A DNA stretch of 55,402 nucleotides from a virus (lineage: Duplodnaviria > Caudoviricetes), in the IMG/VR virus record IMGVR_UViG_3300029448_000052, positions 1-55,402 of that record; one strand, given 5' to 3'. Shown here one piece after another: positions 1 to 11,488 of the stretch. Below the pieces are notes generated by a model. That model made no database searches. It had not been told where the DNA came from and saw only the letters and a list, made by a program, of their open reading frames with translations. Every line of letters starts with the position of its first letter. Positions within the stretch are counted from its first letter, which is position 1. The position numbers and the translations under genes are program-made.

Positions 1-1
1 T

Positions 2-442
2 AACACCACAACTATAGTGCCTAGAATTGGCTATACTGGTTCATCTGTTGATAGTGTTAATAAGTCTGGTGAAGATTATGTAGCATGGGTATTTGCACAA
101 GTTGAAGGATTTAGTGCGATTGGTTCATTTATAGGAAATGGGGATGATAACGGAATATTTGTCTACACAGGCTTCAGACCAGCTTGGGTTATGATAAAAC
201 GTGTAGATGCTGCAAATGATTGGCACATAATGGATGACCATAGAAACCCTATCAATGTAATGGATGGTCTTTTGTTTGCTAACCTTACTAATGGTGAAAC
301 CTCTGACGCTGCATACAATCGTGACTTCTTGAGCAATGGATTCAAGATTAGAGGGTCAGAAGCATATGTAAATGCTAGTGGTGGAACATTTGTTTATATG
401 GCCTTTGCTCATAGCCCATTTAAATTTGCTAATGCCTTTTAG
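2..442 (+). CDS. tail fibre / receptor-binding protein, C-terminal part (5' truncated by the window)
   Basis: Frame open from position 2; motifs GFRPAWVMIKR, DFLSNGFKIRG and YMAFA are typical of marine phage tail-fibre C-termini. Confidence 0.7.
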   Translation, partial: NTTTIVPRIGYTGSSVDSVNKSGEDYVAWVFAQVEGFSAIGSFIGNGDDNGIFVYTGFRPAWVMIKRVDAANDWHIMDDHRNPINVMDGLLFANLTNGETSDAAYNRDFLSNGFKIRGSEAYVNASGGTFVYMAFAHSPFKFANAF

Positions 443-453
443 GAGAATATAAA

Positions 454-1023
454 ATGCCGTGGAAATATAATGGGGCAACCCTTAAAGTAGGACGAGAGTT
501 TACTGGTACGGATGGTACGCAGTATCCTAAAGTCTGGATGCGTTATAGCGATAGCCAGAAGTCTGCGATTGGTATTACATGGGAAGACCCACCAGCAAGT
601 GAAGCTGCATTTGATAACAGGTTTTATCTTGGCAGACAGGCTGATGGCACACTTATCCCTAAAAGCCTAACAGATGTTAACGAAGTGGATGCAGATGGTA
701 ATGCTATAAACGGTATTGATGGCAATCAAATTGTTACACTTGGCCTCAAATCTGTGTGGGTAGCACAAACAAAAAGAATAGCGGCAGGTAAACTTGCAGT
801 GCATGACTGGTACGTTACTCGCAATGCTGAAAAGTCTACAGCCATACCTAGTTCAGTCACTACATACAGGGATGCGGTTCGTACTAAATGTGCAGAGATA
901 GAGACAGCGTTGAATGGCGCAGCTAATCTCACAGCATTTATGGCTTTGTTTGAAAATGAAATGAACTCAGACGGTACAATAAAAACTATTGCTAAGATTA
1001 ACGACTGGCCTGATGAGATTTAA
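454..1023 (+). CDS. tail fibre assembly/chaperone-like protein
   Basis: Follows the fibre gene; AGGAGA RBS; DWYVTR...YRDAVR...WP pattern. Confidence 0.55.
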   Translation: MPWKYNGATLKVGREFTGTDGTQYPKVWMRYSDSQKSAIGITWEDPPASEAAFDNRFYLGRQADGTLIPKSLTDVNEVDADGNAINGIDGNQIVTLGLKSVWVAQTKRIAAGKLAVHDWYVTRNAEKSTAIPSSVTTYRDAVRTKCAEIETALNGAANLTAFMALFENEMNSDGTIKTIAKINDWPDEI

Positions 1024-1034
1024 AGGAGAACTTC

Positions 1035-2921
1035 GTGCCTTTAACCAAGCTACAGTTTAGACCTGGAATCAACCGTGATATAACATCTTATTCAAACGAA
1101 GGTGGTTGGGTTGATTGCGACAAAGTGCGTTTTCGTCTTGGCTACCCTGAAGTTATTGGTGGTTGGGAGAAATATTCACAAAATACTTATATCGGCACGG
1201 CTAGAGGATTATTTAATTGGGTAGCTCTTGATGGCTCTGATTTTCTTGGGGTTGGTACAGAGTCTAAATACTATATTGAGCAAGGCCAAGCGTTTTACGA
1301 TATTACTCCTATAAGAGCTACTACCACTAACGGTATTACGTTTGCTGCGACTAATGGTTCTTCTGTAATTACTGCAACAGACTCTAGTCATGGCGCGGTG
1401 CAGGGGGATTTTGTTACTTTATCTGGCGCGGTATCTTTAGGTGGTCTTATAACAGCGGCAGTCTTAAACCAAGAGTATGAAATAGCCTCTGTCCCTACTG
1501 GAAATACCTACACTTTTACCGCTAAAGATACTACTGGTGCAACCGTAACAGCAAATGCCAGTGATAGTGGTAATGGTGGCGCAGGAGTTGATGGGGCGTA
1601 TCAGATAAATGCTGGCCTTAATACAGGTGTCGGAGGCAACGGTTGGGGTGCAGGAACTTGGGGCAGAGGTACATGGGGATCTGGAGCTACTATTAGTGTT
1701 ACAACATCTCTTAGAGTCTGGAGCCAAGATAACTTTGGCGAGGACTTGTTAATCAATGCTAGGGATGGCTCAATATTCTATTGGGATAAAAGTGATGGAG
1801 TCACATCTCGTGCAGTAGAAATAGGCACCGTGTCAGGTGCAGATGAAACACCTGTTATTGCAAAACAAATTATGGTTTCAGATGTTGATCGCCATGTAAT
1901 TGCATTTGGCACAAATCCAGTAGGAAGCACAACACAAGACCCTTTGCTTATACGTTTTTCCGACCAAGAATCTTTAACTGATTGGAATCCTAAAGCAACT
2001 AATACAGCAGGGGATTTGCGTATAGGTTCTGGCTCTGAGTTTGTAAAAGCCATTGAAACTAAACGTGAGATTATAATCTTTACAGATAGCTCTATACATT
2101 CTATGCAATTTATTGGGTCACCTTTTACATTTGGTATCCAGCCTCTAGCTTCTAATACCACTATCATGGGTCCTAATGCAGCGATTGCAGTAGAAGATGC
2201 AGTGTTTTGGATGGGTAGGCAGAACTTCTATCTATATGATGGTAAAACTCAACAGATGCCTTGCACAGTAAAAGAGCGTGTCTTTTTTGATTTTGATTAC
2301 GACCAAGCAGATAAAGTTTACGCTGCTGTAATTTCTGAATTTAGTGAAGTAATCTGGTTCTATTGTTCCGAAACAAATTCACTTGGCAACGGTGGTACAG
2401 GTGAGAACGACCGTTACGTTATTTTTAATTATGCAGAGAACACATGGTATTATGGAAATTTAGGGCGGTCGGCTTTTTTAGACAGAGGAATCCGCACTTT
2501 TCCCATAGGCTCAGAAGGTAATTACTTATATAACCATGAATCAGGGTACACGGACGATGGTTCTGCTATGACTTCTACAATAGAGTCTAGCCCAATTGAT
2601 ATGGGAGAAGGTGATCAATTTGCGTTTATACGCAGAGTTATACCTGATTTTACTTTTAATGGTTCTACAACTAATGACCCTACTGTAAATGTTACTTTAC
2701 AATCTAATAACTTTCCTGCTGGTAATTACTTACAGTCTGAGATTGCAAAAATAGATAGAACGGCTACTTCTACAACAGTGCCTTTTGAACAATACACAAA
2801 TAAAGCAGATATACGTTTAAGGGGCAGGGCTTTTTCAATTAAAGTAGATTGTTCTACTGCTGGGGTACGTTGGCGGTTAGGTAGTCCTCGTGTAGAAGTT
2901 AGAACAGATGGGAGGCGTTAA
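1035..2921 (+). CDS. tail tube / phage stabilisation (nozzle-like) virion protein
   Basis: 628 aa, beta-rich; start PLTKLQFRPGINR...GGW and end WRLG...DGRR resemble podovirus-type stabilisation proteins. Confidence 0.65.
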   Translation: MPLTKLQFRPGINRDITSYSNEGGWVDCDKVRFRLGYPEVIGGWEKYSQNTYIGTARGLFNWVALDGSDFLGVGTESKYYIEQGQAFYDITPIRATTTNGITFAATNGSSVITATDSSHGAVQGDFVTLSGAVSLGGLITAAVLNQEYEIASVPTGNTYTFTAKDTTGATVTANASDSGNGGAGVDGAYQINAGLNTGVGGNGWGAGTWGRGTWGSGATISVTTSLRVWSQDNFGEDLLINARDGSIFYWDKSDGVTSRAVEIGTVSGADETPVIAKQIMVSDVDRHVIAFGTNPVGSTTQDPLLIRFSDQESLTDWNPKATNTAGDLRIGSGSEFVKAIETKREIIIFTDSSIHSMQFIGSPFTFGIQPLASNTTIMGPNAAIAVEDAVFWMGRQNFYLYDGKTQQMPCTVKERVFFDFDYDQADKVYAAVISEFSEVIWFYCSETNSLGNGGTGENDRYVIFNYAENTWYYGNLGRSAFLDRGIRTFPIGSEGNYLYNHESGYTDDGSAMTSTIESSPIDMGEGDQFAFIRRVIPDFTFNGSTTNDPTVNVTLQSNNFPAGNYLQSEIAKIDRTATSTTVPFEQYTNKADIRLRGRAFSIKVDCSTAGVRWRLGSPRVEVRTDGRR

Positions 2922-3211
2922 TGGCTACTAATGTAACTCCTTTTCCAAGATTACCTACCCCACCCCAACAAATAGATACTCAATATTTAACTGATTTAGT
3001 AAGAGCATTAGAAATATTTCTACGTCAGGCACAAAACCCTCAGTTAAATTTTCAAGAAGTGCCTACTAGCGGCAATAATAATTTACTTCAACAAGGTGAT
3101 ATATATATTGCAGATGGCGGTTTTTTAAAAGTAATCGGTAAAACAGAGATTTTTAGTGGAAGTGTATCGGCAACTGGTGCGGTTGGTACTGTAACAATAT
3201 CAGTTTCATGA
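2921..3211 (+). CDS. hypothetical virion-associated protein
   Basis: Translationally coupled to the previous gene (TAATG). Confidence 0.5.
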   Translation: MATNVTPFPRLPTPPQQIDTQYLTDLVRALEIFLRQAQNPQLNFQEVPTSGNNNLLQQGDIYIADGGFLKVIGKTEIFSGSVSATGAVGTVTISVS

Positions 3212-3298
3212 GGTTGCATACAGTTTGATTTCTGTTTATGATGCAAGTAGCTACTATCAGGTATAGCTCCCTGCATCTCGTTTTATAAGGAAAGTAAG

Positions 3299-4828
3299 AT
3301 GCAAGGTATAGCGGCACTCCCATACGAAGTTTATGAACTCCCAATGATTCCAGAAGGGGGTATTCAACAGTACGAGCAAGCCGCAGATATGTTGGCTGAG
3401 TTTGGGCGTAATGGTGATACTTACATTGTTCATGCCGCTGAAGGCGAAACAATGGTTCCAATGGAAGTATTGGATAATAACCCACGTCTTAAAAAGATGT
3501 TATTCACCCAAATGGAAGAAATGGGTATTGAACCAGACCGTTATATTGTTGGTAATGAGCTTAACAGTATTAACCCTGTAACTGGTCAGCCTGAGTTTTT
3601 CCTTAAAAAAGCATTTAGGAAACTTAAAAGAGGCGTTAAAAAAGCTGGTAAATCTATTGCTAAAGTCGCTAAAAAAGTAGCACCGATAATATTACCTATA
3701 GCAGCTCCTTTCTTATTACCAGCTATGCCGCTTGCTTTTGCTAGTGGTATCGGTAGTTTAGCTGGTGGGTTAATAGCTGGACAAGATTTTAGTACAGCAC
3801 TTAAAGGTGCTGTGATTACAGGTGGTTTAGCTGGCCTTGGTAATATGGCTTTTGGCGGCAGTGGAGGATTTGGTAGTGGTAAGTTTTTTGGTAGTTATGC
3901 AGACCCTACAGCGGGATTAGGCAACTTTAGTTTCAAACAAGCCTTTACCCCTGTAAATCCATTTAGTCAAGCAGGGCAAGCACAACTTGCAGCATTAAGA
4001 GCACAATCAGCCGCACAAAATGCTAGATTTCCAGTTTCTGAGCAAGCTCAACTAAAAGCATTAGGACAAGATGTTACCTATCCTGAAGGACAAAACTTTA
4101 GCCAAAAACTTGTTCAACCATCAGATAGTCTTGCTGATCCAAGTCCTTTTGCAAAAGGTGGGGCAGATACACCAATAACTGATTTACTCAAAACACCAGA
4201 ACCACCAAGCACTTATGATAAAGCTGTTGAGTTTTACCAACAAAATATTAGCCCAAGTGGTAGAGCAGCAAATCTTGATAATGCTAAAGTTTTAGCTGAT
4301 GCTAAACAGATTAAAGCACAAACGATCCTTCAACAAGAAGCATTAGGTATACCTGTTAATGAAGCTGAGATAGCAAAAGCAGCATTAGAAAAAGCCACTG
4401 TACAAAATACTCCTGGAGTAATATCGCAATATGCACCTGTTACTGCACTTGGCACAGCAGGAGCAGTTGCCGCTGATTATGCTACAGATGGTGCAATACT
4501 AGGTATATTTACAGATGATGATGATGATGGGTTAGATGATGATACAGGTATGACTATGGAAGAGTACAAATCAGCATACCCAGAAAAGTTTTTTGATCCA
4601 AATAAATTTTATGGCACTAACCCCTCTTATCAAGGGTTTGCAACAGTTGCTCAGGGTGGAGAAATTGTTGGTCCTGGAACACCAACCAGTGATTCTATAC
4701 CAGCTTTATTAAGTGATGGCGAGTTTGTCATGAATGCTGCTGCTGTCCGTGGCGCAGGGGGTGGTGATAGAAAAGAGGGTGCAAAGAAAATGTATGCTAT
4801 GATGCGCCAGTTTGAGGGGAGAGCGTAA
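3299..4828 (+). CDS. putative internal virion / DNA ejection protein
   Basis: Gly/Ala-rich; INPVTGQPEFF and GPGTPTSDSIPALLSDGEFV motifs common in phage ejection proteins. Confidence 0.6.
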   Translation: MQGIAALPYEVYELPMIPEGGIQQYEQAADMLAEFGRNGDTYIVHAAEGETMVPMEVLDNNPRLKKMLFTQMEEMGIEPDRYIVGNELNSINPVTGQPEFFLKKAFRKLKRGVKKAGKSIAKVAKKVAPIILPIAAPFLLPAMPLAFASGIGSLAGGLIAGQDFSTALKGAVITGGLAGLGNMAFGGSGGFGSGKFFGSYADPTAGLGNFSFKQAFTPVNPFSQAGQAQLAALRAQSAAQNARFPVSEQAQLKALGQDVTYPEGQNFSQKLVQPSDSLADPSPFAKGGADTPITDLLKTPEPPSTYDKAVEFYQQNISPSGRAANLDNAKVLADAKQIKAQTILQQEALGIPVNEAEIAKAALEKATVQNTPGVISQYAPVTALGTAGAVAADYATDGAILGIFTDDDDDGLDDDTGMTMEEYKSAYPEKFFDPNKFYGTNPSYQGFATVAQGGEIVGPGTPTSDSIPALLSDGEFVMNAAAVRGAGGGDRKEGAKKMYAMMRQFEGRA

Positions 4829-5775
4829 TGGCAACAGAAACTATAATTACCAAAGAATCCCCTGAAGTAGAAGCCTATAAACTTGGTTTACTGGAGCAAG
4901 CTAAAAATTTAGTAGATGCCCCTCCTGCTGGTGGTTTACCAACTATACAACAGGCAGGTTTAGATCCATTACAAACTCAAGCAGCGGGGTTAGCTTCACA
5001 GGGTGTTGGTGCATTTCAACCTTTTTTAACTCAAGCTGGCTTAACTCAAGCAGCAGCAGGAACACAGTTTGGAGCAGGGCAACAAGCATTAACTGATGCA
5101 GCCACTCAATATGGTATGGGGGTAGGCGCACCTAGTCAGGCACAAATGAGTGCCTATATGAACCCTTATCAGCAAGCAGTGCAAGCTGAAATTACTCGTG
5201 CTTTTGACCAACAGAGATCACAAATGGGTCAGCAAGCAGCACAAGCTGGTGCATTTGGAGGGAGCCGTGCGGCTGTTCAACAAGCTGAAATAGGTCGTAA
5301 TGAAGCAGCAGCATTAGCCAAAGCACAAGCTGATAATTTTCTACAAGCACAAGCAGCCGCACAAAATGAACTTAATAGAGCATTACAGGCTGGTCAAGGT
5401 TTAACTCAAATTGGTCAAGTAGGTGGGGCATTAGGTAAAGGTATTGGTTCATTAGGTATGGAGCAAGCGGCTCTTGGTGAATTAGGCCAACAATTAAATT
5501 TACAAGATGTAAATATTTTAAGTCAGTTAGGCCAGATAGGACAAGCTCAATCACAAGCAGAACTTGAAGCTGCTAGACAAACACAAATGCAAAATATTTA
5601 TGAGCCTTATCAACGTCTTGGTTTTTACGGTGATATATTAGCTGGCGCACCAACTAGTCAACAACAAATTAGTCAAAGTGCAGCACCTAACCCTAGTTTA
5701 TTAAATCAAATTGTAGGCGGTGCAGCTACAGGAATAGGATTATATGGAGCAGGAAAAGGCACGGGGTTAATCTAA
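4828..5775 (+). CDS. putative DNA transfer (pilot) protein
   Basis: Gln/Ala/Gly-rich; YMNPYQQAV and AGAFGGSR motifs. Confidence 0.6.
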   Translation: MATETIITKESPEVEAYKLGLLEQAKNLVDAPPAGGLPTIQQAGLDPLQTQAAGLASQGVGAFQPFLTQAGLTQAAAGTQFGAGQQALTDAATQYGMGVGAPSQAQMSAYMNPYQQAVQAEITRAFDQQRSQMGQQAAQAGAFGGSRAAVQQAEIGRNEAAALAKAQADNFLQAQAAAQNELNRALQAGQGLTQIGQVGGALGKGIGSLGMEQAALGELGQQLNLQDVNILSQLGQIGQAQSQAELEAARQTQMQNIYEPYQRLGFYGDILAGAPTSQQQISQSAAPNPSLLNQIVGGAATGIGLYGAGKGTGLI

Positions 5776-8330
5776 TGAATGTATTGCAGAGAAAAATGTT
5801 TGCAAATGGGGGTATGGCACAAGCTCAACCACCTATGATGCAACAGCCAATGGCTCCACCGCCAATGGCTCCACCTACTTCAGTGGGTAAAGGTATTACC
5901 TCAGGGTTGGTTGATCCTGCACAAGAGCAAATGATCGCCGAACAAGGGTTTGCTGAGATGGCTGGTGGTATGCAGAATATGTTAAGTAATATAGATTCTG
6001 CAGGTTCTACTGAAGAAGTTATAAATGCAATGCGCGGTGATGAAGCAAGTTTGCAAGAAAGATACAGTGAGTTAGCTGATATTGTTGGCGAAGGAGATGC
6101 AAAGAAAACACCAGAATCAGTTCTGGCGTTAGTACAACCCACATTTACAATGATGGATCTTGTACAAGAAGAAGCTCCTGCTGGTGGTATAGCTGATGCA
6201 ATGCCAAAGGCAGGAGGTGGACTCCTCGCCGGAAATATAGATGCAGCCTCACCTGTGCAAGCTCCAGGAATGGGTGAGGCTATGGCACGTATGCAAGCTG
6301 GAGAAACTCCTGTTAAAGCTAAATTTGGTGGGTCACAAAACGATTTAATAGCTAGACCAGATATTCGCATACCCCCTAGAGTTACACAAAATATTCAACC
6401 TATAAGTATGAGTTTGCCTAACCTTGGGGGACAAGCCCTTCCTGGATTACAAAGTATGGATCAATCCAGAGTACAGCGATATGCTGGGGATTATATGGGT
6501 GCGATGAAACCATATTTAGACCAGCTAACAGGCGGTAGTGGTCCTGATGTGAAGCAAAGCATGGAAATATTAGAGCCATATATGCCTAAACAAAGATCGT
6601 CTGCTGAAGTGTTACAAGAATATCAAGATTTACTTGGCTCAGGAGATATGGATGCTGCTAAAACACAAGCCTATCTAGCTTTAGTACAAGCAGGTCAATC
6701 TATATCTGAGTCTGGGAAACCTTTATTGGGTGCAGCAATTGATGCTGCTGGGGAAGCCGCGCCAACATTAAGTAAGATAGCTTCTGAAAAAGCAGCACAA
6801 GATAGGGCAATTAAATTAGCTTCTAGACAAGAACAGGTGCAACGTGAAGATGCAATAAGATCTGCTCAATTAGGTGTAGCACAAAATGCTATAGCCAGAA
6901 CAGCAGGAGCTAGTGCAAGTATAGAAAATGCAATACTCAGCGCACAACAAAAAGCTATTGATTATGGGTTAAAAATGGAGGGTGATGCAGTAAAAGTTGT
7001 AAATGATACAGCTATTAGGAATTGGTCAGCCGCTAATCAGTATGGTGTAACAGCTACTGAAACATGGGGTAGATATAACGAAGCAACTAAAAAAGTTGAC
7101 ATTCTTGGTGTAAGGCGCACTGCTGATGGCGTTAAATATATTGATGATAATAATGGAACATTAGTAGATGTGCCAAAAGGTTACGCTCCATACAATAAAG
7201 ATGCATTTGCCGCTGCTCATGGCACAGGCGCAATAGATTTCTCTAAAGCTAAAAAAGTAAACTTACTTATACCTGATATTACAGTAACAGATGCTGAGGG
7301 TAATGTAACTGAAGCTAGAGGATCTAAATCTGGGTTTAACCAATTTGCTGGATTTTTTGTAGGTGGTAATTATTATTACTCCCCAACAGGAGATGTTAAA
7401 GATGCTGTTAAAGCACCTCAAGGATTTATTGAAGGTGCTGAAAAAGATGTGTTAGAAATTTCTCAACCTGATGGTGCTGGAAGAATTAAAGTTACAGTTA
7501 AAGCTGGTCCAAATGCTGGTGATAGCTTTATCTCTACTATCAATGGCAAAGTATTTCCTGGAGTAGCTTATGAGTTAGATCCAGCAGTAAGAGATGATTC
7601 TGGTGCATATCAATCAGGTAATCCTCTTGTAACTACTGTTCCAAATCCAGGGGTATCGGTTGATAGGATGTCAGCCGCTAGGGTAAATAGTTTACAAGAT
7701 AAAGTAATCGCACAAACTCAAGCTATCACAGCAGCTAATTCAGTTCTTTCTGCTATCGGTGATGCAGTTGGTCCTCTAAATACTGTTAAAGCATTTACTT
7801 CTAATTTTGTTGCTCCATTAGCACCAGACTTTATGTCTGGTGCTTTAGAGTTTTCTGCTACAGAAAGAGGTAGGAGAGAAATGGAGTTATTTGGTCGTAA
7901 CCTAGCTCGTGCTTTAGCTTTGTCTGATAGATATGCGGTAAGGGAACAAGAACTTATTGCTCAATTAAATGAAGATCCAGTAGGTTTCTTTAAGAACCCT
8001 GATATGTCTACTGTAAGATTCCAAGAACTTATGCGATATCTACAAAATGACCTTACATTTAATAGAGGTATTCTTGATGATAAAAATGAAATAGGGTTTT
8101 TAAATAGAGTGCCTACAGGCACAGCTAATGACCCAATTATATTTGAAGCTCCTGGACAGTTTGATTATTTAAGTATTACCGCACAGAATGCTGGTGGAGC
8201 TGATAAATTAAATGGTATGTTTATTAGGATGACAGCAGCAGAAGCACGTAGGCAAGGTATTGATCAAAACTTAATTCCAGCAAACGGATCAGACTTAATG
8301 CTAGAAATAGGTAAAGATATCAACTTCTAA
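5775..8330 (+). CDS. putative internal virion protein
   Basis: 851 aa, coupled within the ejection-protein cluster. Confidence 0.5.
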   Translation: MNVLQRKMFANGGMAQAQPPMMQQPMAPPPMAPPTSVGKGITSGLVDPAQEQMIAEQGFAEMAGGMQNMLSNIDSAGSTEEVINAMRGDEASLQERYSELADIVGEGDAKKTPESVLALVQPTFTMMDLVQEEAPAGGIADAMPKAGGGLLAGNIDAASPVQAPGMGEAMARMQAGETPVKAKFGGSQNDLIARPDIRIPPRVTQNIQPISMSLPNLGGQALPGLQSMDQSRVQRYAGDYMGAMKPYLDQLTGGSGPDVKQSMEILEPYMPKQRSSAEVLQEYQDLLGSGDMDAAKTQAYLALVQAGQSISESGKPLLGAAIDAAGEAAPTLSKIASEKAAQDRAIKLASRQEQVQREDAIRSAQLGVAQNAIARTAGASASIENAILSAQQKAIDYGLKMEGDAVKVVNDTAIRNWSAANQYGVTATETWGRYNEATKKVDILGVRRTADGVKYIDDNNGTLVDVPKGYAPYNKDAFAAAHGTGAIDFSKAKKVNLLIPDITVTDAEGNVTEARGSKSGFNQFAGFFVGGNYYYSPTGDVKDAVKAPQGFIEGAEKDVLEISQPDGAGRIKVTVKAGPNAGDSFISTINGKVFPGVAYELDPAVRDDSGAYQSGNPLVTTVPNPGVSVDRMSAARVNSLQDKVIAQTQAITAANSVLSAIGDAVGPLNTVKAFTSNFVAPLAPDFMSGALEFSATERGRREMELFGRNLARALALSDRYAVREQELIAQLNEDPVGFFKNPDMSTVRFQELMRYLQNDLTFNRGILDDKNEIGFLNRVPTGTANDPIIFEAPGQFDYLSITAQNAGGADKLNGMFIRMTAAEARRQGIDQNLIPANGSDLMLEIGKDINF

Positions 8331-8344
8331 GGATAGGGGCAAAT

Positions 8345-11300
8345 ATGGCGACTACAATAGGCGCACCCACACAGCAAGGACTTACTGATTATCAACAAGG
8401 GGGTGTTGTTAATCCTGCTGATCCACGAGTAAATGTACCTCCTGGAACTACTGCACCTATGGGTGAAGTCACAGCAACTACTGATATATTGCCTAGCCGT
8501 GTAACGGGTAAACGTGATGAAGGTGTTGCTGAAGATTACACTGGTTTAGATTTAGGATACATTGGTGATTTTGCTCGTGGTGCAAATGATCTAATACTTG
8601 CTTTACCTGATGCTGCTATCAATGCTGTGGCAGAAGGATTAGAAGCTGTAGGAATAGTAGAGCCTAATACAGTAGATAGGCGTTATTTAGCACGGATATT
8701 TAACAGTTCTGATTTTGAGAGCCAGAAAGTTATTATCCCATATTTATTGCATTACGGTACTGGTGAGTTTGGTGGGCAAGCAGATCAAGAAGGAACAGTT
8801 TCAAAAGTAGTTAGAGGTGCTGGTCAGGCTGCTATTGCTTCATTACCTATTGTTGGCATGCAAATGAGAGCTGCTGCTGCACCAACTATAGCTAGTTCAA
8901 CAGCCTTACAAACACCATCATCATCCACCACTACACAAAGAGTTGTAGAGGGTATGATAGCACCATTTAGAACAAGTCCTGGAACTGCTGCTGCTGTAGA
9001 AACTGGACTTGGCGCAGCTAGTGGAGCTGGTGCGGTTACTGAACAAGAATTATTTGGCACAAGTGGTATGGTCGGTGCATTAGCACCCATTCTCCCTGCT
9101 GCCGCAGCTAGTGCTTTAGGTAAAACTCCCGGAATAAACCTAGCTAAAAAAGGTTTTAATTGGACTAAATCTTTTGCTAAAGGTAAAATTGATGATACTA
9201 AAGTATTAACTGGTAAAGTAAAACCAGGAGAAGGAGCAGAGGGAGAAGCTGCATTAGCTAAATTAGGAAGTGAAGTCCAAGAAGCAGCCGCCACACCACA
9301 AGCACAAGTAAATCTACAAAAAGCGGCTGAAATAGAGGCTAAATTAAGTGGTTATGCAGATGAACCTATTACACTTAGCCCAGCAGAAGCTACGTTAGAT
9401 GCACCCTTACTAGCCACTCAAACTAGAATGGAAGGTACTGGTGATGCTGCATTTACTCGTGCAAATAATCAACGTAAGACAAATGTATTAACTGCTGCCC
9501 AAAGATTTATAGATGGTGACCTTACAGCAAGCCCTGTGGATGATGCACCAATGTTCGTTTATAATCAAGCTGAAGGTACATATGCCGCAACTGTTGGTAG
9601 AATAAATGCTGATAGTGATGAGTTAGCGGCTAATTGGAGTATAGTTACAGATGCCGATACAGGTGTCTATCCTACATTAGGTAGCCGTGCTGAAACAGGG
9701 GCTAATATAAGAAAAGCTATTGTAGATGCAGAACAAGCCGCAAAAGATGATGCTGCAAAATTAGCAGCTAAACTTAAAATAAATGATGCTGATCCAGTAG
9801 GTGATGCTAATACCACAGCAGCCGCTCAAACAGCGGTAAGAGATAGTCTTACAAGTAGGGCTGGTGAAGACGCAATCAGCTACCAAGGATTACCACCTTT
9901 AGTAAGAAAATTTGTTGAATTTAAATTCAAAGATAACAGGATGTCTTTCCAAGATTGGAAGTCTTTCCGTGATCAAGTAGGTAGTGCTATTGGTAAAGCA
10001 TCAGCGATTGGTGATAAGGCTTCAATCAGGCCTCTTGCCGTATTAAGCGATCAACTTGATAATATGGCTGCTTCGTATGGTAAAACAAATGAGAAATTTG
10101 ATGACTTCCGCATTATGTATGATGCTAATGTTGTTACCCCTTTTCAACGTAGTGGTGTAACCAGAGTTACTGCAAAAGGTCAAGGAAGTACAAAAGAAAG
10201 ACCACAATATTATGTAGCAGATGAAAAAGTAGCAGATGCTTTTTTACAAGATACAAATACAGCTAAACAATTTATGAAATTATTTGCTGATAAACCAGCC
10301 GATATGCGAGCTATGAAAAATGTAGTTCTTGATAAATTACGCACTACAGCTTTTAATCAAAGCAAAGGTATATTTGAGCCAGATAAAGTAAATAAATACA
10401 TAAATACTAATAGAGAAGTTCTTACTGAGCTTGGTATAGTTGATGATCTGTTAGATACAGAAACTATGTTACGTGAAATGGTAACACGTAACGCTGAGTT
10501 AGAGGTTCGTCGCAGAACTATCAATGGTAATTTACTCATGGGTTCTGTAGCAAGAGCAACAAAAAATGAAAGCCCTGATCAACTTTTCACAGAGGCTTTA
10601 CGTAACCCAGCTAAAATGAGAGAGCTGAGACAAGTAGCTTCACAAGCTACTGACGACCTTACAGAAGAAGAAGCTAGTCAGGCTTTCCGCGCTGCTATAA
10701 CTCAAAAAATGTTAGATAGAGCAAAAACAGCTTTAAGTGACCCCACTGCATTTAAACAGTGGATGGTTAGAAATGAAGAAGTTTTAGATGCAGCTTTTGA
10801 CAAAAGTCATGTAGATAATTTATATTTAATGGCCGATGCTGCGGAGCGTGTACTAATTACAGGAATTGGTAGAGGTAAAGGTATAACTGATGAAGATATA
10901 GTTACTCGGTTTACAGGTGCTTTAGGCACAACCCCTGCTGGTATATCAAACCGTTTTATAGCTGTGCAAGAAGGACGCCTTGGTTCTAAAGCTATGGTTG
11001 GCTATATACTTAGCCGCGCGATTAGGCAACAATCTGGTGTGCGTTCTGATGCCCTTTTCCGTGAGGCTATGTTTGACCCTAATATTGCTAAATTACTTAC
11101 CACAGAAGGTGGCGAGTCAGTTCCACCATTAGGTATAAGTGAGCCACTTAAACGTAGACTTAACGCCTTCTTATTTAATATAGGTGTAGATTATGGTGAT
11201 GGTATAACAGGTGAAGGTGCCAAAGAAACACTTATACTTGAGCCTAATATTACTGATCAGCCTATATTACAAACACCCCCACCAGTGCCAGATCCAGTGC

Positions 11301-11488
11301 CAGATCCAAAACCGTTTGTGTATCCTCCTACGCCAACTATACCAAATAGAACTTCTGCCACTCCCCCCTCTGCACCTCCGCTAAATACGGCACAGGTTGG
11401 TATTGAAACATTGTTCCCTAATGACCCCACTTCTATAGCGATTGCTAAACGCAGAGGTGCTAGTCAGGGAGTGATGGGTATAACCTAA
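8345..11488 (+). CDS. putative large internal virion protein
   Basis: 1047 aa, Ala-rich and helical; last gene of the cluster; LFPND C-terminal motif. Confidence 0.5.
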   Translation: MATTIGAPTQQGLTDYQQGGVVNPADPRVNVPPGTTAPMGEVTATTDILPSRVTGKRDEGVAEDYTGLDLGYIGDFARGANDLILALPDAAINAVAEGLEAVGIVEPNTVDRRYLARIFNSSDFESQKVIIPYLLHYGTGEFGGQADQEGTVSKVVRGAGQAAIASLPIVGMQMRAAAAPTIASSTALQTPSSSTTTQRVVEGMIAPFRTSPGTAAAVETGLGAASGAGAVTEQELFGTSGMVGALAPILPAAAASALGKTPGINLAKKGFNWTKSFAKGKIDDTKVLTGKVKPGEGAEGEAALAKLGSEVQEAAATPQAQVNLQKAAEIEAKLSGYADEPITLSPAEATLDAPLLATQTRMEGTGDAAFTRANNQRKTNVLTAAQRFIDGDLTASPVDDAPMFVYNQAEGTYAATVGRINADSDELAANWSIVTDADTGVYPTLGSRAETGANIRKAIVDAEQAAKDDAAKLAAKLKINDADPVGDANTTAAAQTAVRDSLTSRAGEDAISYQGLPPLVRKFVEFKFKDNRMSFQDWKSFRDQVGSAIGKASAIGDKASIRPLAVLSDQLDNMAASYGKTNEKFDDFRIMYDANVVTPFQRSGVTRVTAKGQGSTKERPQYYVADEKVADAFLQDTNTAKQFMKLFADKPADMRAMKNVVLDKLRTTAFNQSKGIFEPDKVNKYINTNREVLTELGIVDDLLDTETMLREMVTRNAELEVRRRTINGNLLMGSVARATKNESPDQLFTEALRNPAKMRELRQVASQATDDLTEEEASQAFRAAITQKMLDRAKTALSDPTAFKQWMVRNEEVLDAAFDKSHVDNLYLMADAAERVLITGIGRGKGITDEDIVTRFTGALGTTPAGISNRFIAVQEGRLGSKAMVGYILSRAIRQQSGVRSDALFREAMFDPNIAKLLTTEGGESVPPLGISEPLKRRLNAFLFNIGVDYGDGITGEGAKETLILEPNITDQPILQTPPPVPDPVPDPKPFVYPPTPTIPNRTSATPPSAPPLNTAQVGIETLFPNDPTSIAIAKRRGASQGVMGIT

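Noticed and set aside
5825-9294. Long antisense ORFs (5825..6370, 8824..9294) and similar ones such as 20760..21266 and 21833..22372
   Set aside because: Shadows of Ala/Gly-rich or conserved sense genes, with no RBS or motifs
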